Below, in pieces: positions 59,798 through 64,000 of a stretch of 64,000 bases of DNA (its first letter is position 1; each line of letters starts with the position of its first letter). The stretch comes from an uncultured Candidatus Saccharibacteria bacterium. GTDB lineage: Bacteria > Patescibacteriota > Doudnabacteria > UBA920. The notes under the pieces were generated by a model, which did no database searches, was not told where the DNA came from, and saw only the letters and a program-made list of their open reading frames with translations. Location of the stretch: assembly GCA_964512925.1 (NCBI GenBank), contig CAZEKH010000002.1:57831-121830 (forward strand), given 5' to 3'. The translations under genes and the position numbers were made by a program.

Positions 59798-60019
59798 ATG
59801 ACCACACCACAAAAAGAAGCCCTGAAGCATCTATTGATCGTTTTCTTCTACTCGGCGGTATCATCTGTCCTGCCGATCCTGCTGGTCTACGCCGAGCACG
59901 ACACTCGCTGGACGTTGCTGATCCCGGTCATCAACGCCGCATGGTACGCCATAACCCGATACCTCAAAGAACAGAAGCTCATCGAGGACGTGGTATCCGA
60001 AAAAGGCGAAACGCTTTAA
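59798..60019 (+). CDS. Probable holin
   Basis: 73 aa with two TM helices; follows the endolysin. Confidence 0.6.
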   Translation: MTTPQKEALKHLLIVFFYSAVSSVLPILLVYAEHDTRWTLLIPVINAAWYAITRYLKEQKLIEDVVSEKGETL

Positions 60020-60037
60020 TTTAGCGAAAATCCAGTC

Positions 60038-60190
60038 TTAATAGACCTTCTGTGCGAAAGCCGGAACCTCAAAAGAGACAGGATTTTCCTTGTAAAATAA
60101 CCTTAAACGGCGTATAATTTTATCAATACGGCCGTAGGATAAGGCCTTTAAGGCGACTACCGGTTCAAACTTCCGGAAATCGCCACCGCC
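60038..60190 (-). other. Detached in-frame 3' end of the integrase gene (excised-state C-terminus)
   Basis: Open frame GGGDFRKFEP...AFAQKVY* in the same phase as the integrase at the CCGCCA core. Confidence 0.75.
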
Positions 60191-60191
60191 A
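60161..60191 (+). other. attR: phage arm CGGTTCAAACTT-CC-GGAAATC plus CCGCCA core
   Basis: Inverted complement of the attL arm; followed at once by a terminator. Confidence 0.85.
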
Positions 60192-60192
60192 T

Positions 60193-60223
60193 AAAAACCC
60201 CAGCTTTTAAAGCTGGGGTTTTT
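60193..60223 (+). terminator. Intrinsic terminator (original tRNA-Ser terminator); near-identical copy at 61421..61451
   Basis: AAAAACCCCAGCTTTTAAAGCTGGGGTTTTT. Confidence 0.75.
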
Positions 60224-60397
60224 ATTGATTTCAGTCAATTTTATCATATTTCTAGTACATTATAATATTGTAATATAAGCCCATAAATTGCTATACTATT
60301 AACAATAATATGGTAGGCAACACAATTCCACGCTTATCAACATTCAGAAAATCGCCCAAGTACTAGGAGTAACAAGCGACAAGCTTTTGAAATAATT

Positions 60398-61246
60398 ATG
60401 ACTACACAGAATCAAACAATTACCAAAATAGCGATATTTCAGAAAAAGGAAGTGCGTAAAACGCTTCATAAAAACGAGTGGTGGTTTGTCATTGAGGATG
60501 TCGTGGCTATTCTGACAGATTCCGTTCAACCCAAAGGTTACATCAAAGATATGCGTAGGCGTGACAAGGAACTCTCCGAAGGATGGGGGCAAATTGCCAC
60601 CCCCCTTTCCATAGACACGGCAGGAGGTCCGCAAAAACTCAACTGTGCGAATACAGAGGGAATTTTTCGTATCATACAATCCATTTCTTCACCCAAGGCT
60701 GAGCCATTCAAACGTTGGTTGGCGAGAGTTGGTTATGAACGAATTGAGGAGATAGAAAACCCAGAACTTGCAACAAAGAGGACTCGTGCATTGTACAAAG
60801 CCAAAGGATATTCTGATACGTGGATTGAGAAACGAATGCGTGGTATTGAAGTCCGCGAAACACTTACTGATGAGTGGAAGAAACGTGGAGTAAAAGAAGG
60901 GCAAGAATACGCGATACTTACTGCAGAAATTTCAAAAGCAACATTTGGAATGACGCCTAGTCAATATCAAAAACTCAAAGGATTGAAACGAGAGAATTTG
61001 CGAGACCACATGAACGATTTGGAGCTTATCTTTTCTATGCTTGGAGAAGCCTCGACCACTGAAATAGCTCGCAATAAAAATACGCAAGGATTTTTGGAGA
61101 ATAAAATCGCCGAAAAAGAAGGCGGTAATATTGCGGGAGAAGCTCGCAAAAAACTTGAATTAAAAAGTGGCAAGAAAGTATCGACTGGAGAGAATTATTT
61201 ACCAAAGTCAAAAAAGAAACGAAAGCTAAAATCTAAAAATACATGA
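60398..61246 (+). CDS. Bro-N domain (antirepressor-like) protein
   Basis: EWWFVIEDVV, RIIQSI.SPKAEPFKRWLA and NLRDHM.DLEL motifs. Confidence 0.88.
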   Translation: MTTQNQTITKIAIFQKKEVRKTLHKNEWWFVIEDVVAILTDSVQPKGYIKDMRRRDKELSEGWGQIATPLSIDTAGGPQKLNCANTEGIFRIIQSISSPKAEPFKRWLARVGYERIEEIENPELATKRTRALYKAKGYSDTWIEKRMRGIEVRETLTDEWKKRGVKEGQEYAILTAEISKATFGMTPSQYQKLKGLKRENLRDHMNDLELIFSMLGEASTTEIARNKNTQGFLENKIAEKEGGNIAGEARKKLELKSGKKVSTGENYLPKSKKKRKLKSKNT

Positions 61247-61371
61247 AACTGACTTTTGATGAAAACTTAATGGTGAACTATAACAGTGCTTCTCAAAAAA
61301 TTAGAGTTTTGAGTGAGAATTGGATTTTGTACTACATCACAATCCGCTTTTTAGAGTTACCACATGCTTAA
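61243..61371 (+). pseudogene. N-terminal fragment of a DpnI/Dam-replacing-like endonuclease
   Basis: MKLTFDENLMVNYNSASQKIRVLSENW resembles the DpnI-family N-terminus (Y.S.SQ..R.L.E.W), then terminates. Confidence 0.55.
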
Positions 61372-61485
61372 ACGAAACCACAAATTAACACGCTCAATAC
61401 CAAACAGCTTAACACAATACAAAACCCCAGCTTTTAAAAGCTGGGGGTTTTGTATTGAAATGGGATTCAAAATTTTGCTTGCTAT

Positions 61486-63981
61486 TTACTTAATCCTATC
61501 TTCCGCGGCTTTGATTTTCATTGTGGCTTTTAGCACAGTGTCCGGGTTTATGGAGATGGAATCTATACCTTCTTTTAACAAAAACTCGGCAAAGTCTGGA
61601 AAGTCGGAAGGCCCCTGGCCGCAGATGCCGACTTTTTTACCCAAGCGGTGTGCTTCTTTTATAAGAATGCTAATAAGTTTTTTTACTGCCGGGCTTTTTT
61701 CATTGCCAATGTGGGCAATAAGCTTACTGTCCCTATCCAGCCCCAAAGTCAGCTGGGTTAAGTCGTTGGACCCAATAGAAAATCCGTCAAACAAATCTGC
61801 AAACTCCTCAACCAGCAAAATATTGGACGGAATTTCAGCCATTACCCAAATCTCCAAACCTTCCACCAAATCGCCGTTCTTTTTTGCTTTATGCTCTTGT
61901 TCTGTAATGCGTTTCATCTGCCCATACTTTTCTATGAGCGATACAACTTTTTTCCCCTCTTCCGGCGTTCGGCAAAACGGCACCATTACGCTTAAGTTTA
62001 AAAGCCCCATCTCTTCCCTTACCCTTTTTACCGCCTGAACTTCCAAAGCAAAAGCCCTCTCAAAGTTTGGGTCGTAGTAGCGACTTGCTCCCCTCCAGCC
62101 TATCATAGGGTTTTCCTCGTGGGGTTCGTAAATATGCCCGCCTAGGAGGTTAGCATATTCATTGGTTTTAAAATCCGAAAAACGAAGCAGTACATCAAAA
62201 GGGTAAAAAGCCGCGGCCAGCTGGGCTACGCCGTAAGCAAATTTTTCCGTATAAAATTCCACCTTGTCCGCATAACCTTTGGTTCTGGCTTCAATCTGGC
62301 TTTTGACTTTTTCATCCTGCAGGGTTTCAAAGTCCAAAAGCGCGTTGGGGTGTATGCCTATGTAGTTGGAAATCACAAACTCCACGCGAGCGAGGCCCAC
62401 GCCTTTGTGCGGCAGCTGGCAGTGCCGAAAAGACAGCTCCGGGTCTGCTGCTATCATTTTTATATCTACTTTCGGCGGAGTAAATCCGCTTAAGTCGGTC
62501 TGGTGCAAATCAAATTTCAAAAGCCCTTCATACACTCTACCCACTTCACCTTCCGCGCAAGAAACGGTTATCTCCCTGCCTGTGGTTAAAACTGTTGTGG
62601 CATTGCCGCAGCCTACCACTGCCGGAATACCCAGTTCGCGCGACACAATAGCAGCGTGGGAAGTCCTGCCGCCCGCGTTAGTTACTATGGCTGAAGCGAT
62701 TTTCATTATGGGTTCCCAGTCCGGATCCGTGATCTCAGCTACCAAAACTTCGCCTTTTTGAAACTCGTCCAAATGCGTGGCATCTTTTATGTACCTGGCT
62801 TTGCCCTGGCCTATTTTAGACCCAACAGCCGCGCCCTGGCATAAAAGTTTACCTTTTTCCAGCAAAGAATATTCTTCCAAAATATTAACTTTTCTTCTGG
62901 CAACCACAGTTTCCGGCCTGGCCTGAACAATATACAGCTCCTTGGTTTTGCCGTCATACGCCCACTCTATATCCATCGGCCTTTGGTAATGTTCTTCTAT
63001 TATCACTCCCCATTTCGCCAGCTTTAACACCTCTTCATCGCTTAAAACAAACCTCTGCCGGTCTATTTCCGCAACTAAAAATTCCTGCGTACTTTCCGTA
63101 CCGTCTATGGAATACAAAAGTTTTTTTTCTTTACTGCCCATCCGCTTGGAGATTAGCGCGTTGTACCCCTGTTTTAAAGTCGGTTTAAAAACTTTAAACT
63201 CGTCGGGAGTAACCACGCCTTTCACCACATATTCGCCCAAACCCCAGGACCCGTTGATCACCACCATATCTTTAAACCCGCTTTCCGTGTCTATGGTAAA
63301 CATCACTCCGCTCGCCCCGCGGTCGCTGCGGGCCATTTTTTGCACTGCCACTGAAAGCGCGATTTGAAAATGGTCAAAATTCCGGTCGTGGCGGTATGAA
63401 ATTGCCCTGTTGGTAAACAAAGAAGAAATGGCTTTTTTTACCGCTTCCAAAAGATCGTGATTACCACGGATGTTCAGGTAAGTTTCCTGCTGGCCGGCGA
63501 AAGACGAATCCGGCAGGTCTTCAGCTGTGGCCGAACTTCTTACAGCTACATCCAAATCCTCAGGCGGAAGTTTTAGCCGTTTAGCCATTTCCGCGTAAGC
63601 TTCCTCTATCTCTTTTTCCAAATCTTCAGGAAATTCCGCCTCCAAAATCATCTTACGGATGCTATGCCCGCGCTTTTCCAGGTCAGCCATGTCAGAAGTG
63701 TTAAGTCCGGACAACAAATTGCCAATTTTTTCCGCCAATTTATTTTCAGCGATAAAATATCTATATGCTTCAGCCGTAATAGCAAAACCAAAAGGCACGC
63801 GGATCTGCTCGCCGGGAAAAAGTTTGCTTTTAGCTTCAGTTAAATGCTGGTACATTTCCCCTAAGTTGGCATTTTTTCCGCCCACCAAACCAACATCGTT
63901 TTTTCCCACCTCGTCAAACCACAAAATACGCGCTTTTGTTTTGTCCATAGATTTTGTTTTAATTTTATTAAATCCAAACAT
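61486..63981 (-). CDS. ppsA: Phosphoenolpyruvate synthase
   Basis: VGGKNANLGE, RSSATAEDL, GGRTSHAAIVSRELG and FSIGSNDLTQ motifs; start may be 63948. Confidence 0.96.
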   Translation of the reverse strand: MFGFNKIKTKSMDKTKARILWFDEVGKNDVGLVGGKNANLGEMYQHLTEAKSKLFPGEQIRVPFGFAITAEAYRYFIAENKLAEKIGNLLSGLNTSDMADLEKRGHSIRKMILEAEFPEDLEKEIEEAYAEMAKRLKLPPEDLDVAVRSSATAEDLPDSSFAGQQETYLNIRGNHDLLEAVKKAISSLFTNRAISYRHDRNFDHFQIALSVAVQKMARSDRGASGVMFTIDTESGFKDMVVINGSWGLGEYVVKGVVTPDEFKVFKPTLKQGYNALISKRMGSKEKKLLYSIDGTESTQEFLVAEIDRQRFVLSDEEVLKLAKWGVIIEEHYQRPMDIEWAYDGKTKELYIVQARPETVVARRKVNILEEYSLLEKGKLLCQGAAVGSKIGQGKARYIKDATHLDEFQKGEVLVAEITDPDWEPIMKIASAIVTNAGGRTSHAAIVSRELGIPAVVGCGNATTVLTTGREITVSCAEGEVGRVYEGLLKFDLHQTDLSGFTPPKVDIKMIAADPELSFRHCQLPHKGVGLARVEFVISNYIGIHPNALLDFETLQDEKVKSQIEARTKGYADKVEFYTEKFAYGVAQLAAAFYPFDVLLRFSDFKTNEYANLLGGHIYEPHEENPMIGWRGASRYYDPNFERAFALEVQAVKRVREEMGLLNLSVMVPFCRTPEEGKKVVSLIEKYGQMKRITEQEHKAKKNGDLVEGLEIWVMAEIPSNILLVEEFADLFDGFSIGSNDLTQLTLGLDRDSKLIAHIGNEKSPAVKKLISILIKEAHRLGKKVGICGQGPSDFPDFAEFLLKEGIDSISINPDTVLKATMKIKAAEDRIK

Positions 63982-64000
63982 TTTTGTTTCGTAATTTATA

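Larger units (their letters stand above)
21819..60191. mobile_element. Prophage (podovirus-like; predicted excised circle 38,367 bp) integrated at tRNA-Ser
   Basis: Integrase, CI/Cro, replication, terminase, portal, capsid, tail and lysis genes; GC shift; CCGCCA core at both ends. Confidence 0.93.

Noticed and set aside
60128-60191. tRNA-like sequence (GGTTCAAA...CCGCCA)
   Set aside because: It does not fold into a cloverleaf and is explained as the attR arm plus core.
60038-60247. Independent 69-aa gene
   Set aside because: Its 5' part runs through a terminator; only the part inside attR makes sense, as the integrase tail.
1-64000. CRISPR array or rRNA genes
   Set aside because: No regularly spaced direct repeats with unique spacers and no rRNA-like sequence seen by eye.

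Overview
This is bacterial chromosomal DNA, most consistent with a small-genome Patescibacteria/CPR organism (inferred from gene style and content). Host genes include partial guaB, msrB, aguB-aguA-deoxyhypusine synthase, rpoD, dnaG and ppsA. An apparently complete ~38.4 kb podovirus-like prophage (21819..60191) is inserted at the 3' end of tRNA-Ser(GGA). Its ends can be read from the sequence: joining the two 6-bp CCGCCA cores rebuilds an inverted-repeat attP inside the large serine integrase gene, so integration/excision swaps the integrase C-terminus in frame. Prophage cargo: (i) a diversity-generating retroelement (RT, Avd, TR, VR-bearing target) with an unusual inverted layout, where all 9 TR/VR differences fall on TR adenines; (ii) an ARC/Mpa-like AAA ATPase operon with a Pup-like small protein ending in CGC; (iii) defence-like genes (PHP-ATPase, AbiE pair, SET, RadC/JAB); (iv) a candidate pseudoknotted RNA with a competing terminator. 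At the left is a decayed island at tRNA-Asn with a HEPN protein, tandem GIY-YIG genes and tRNA fragments interrupted by short palindromes. Product calls come from motif recognition only; no database searches were run.
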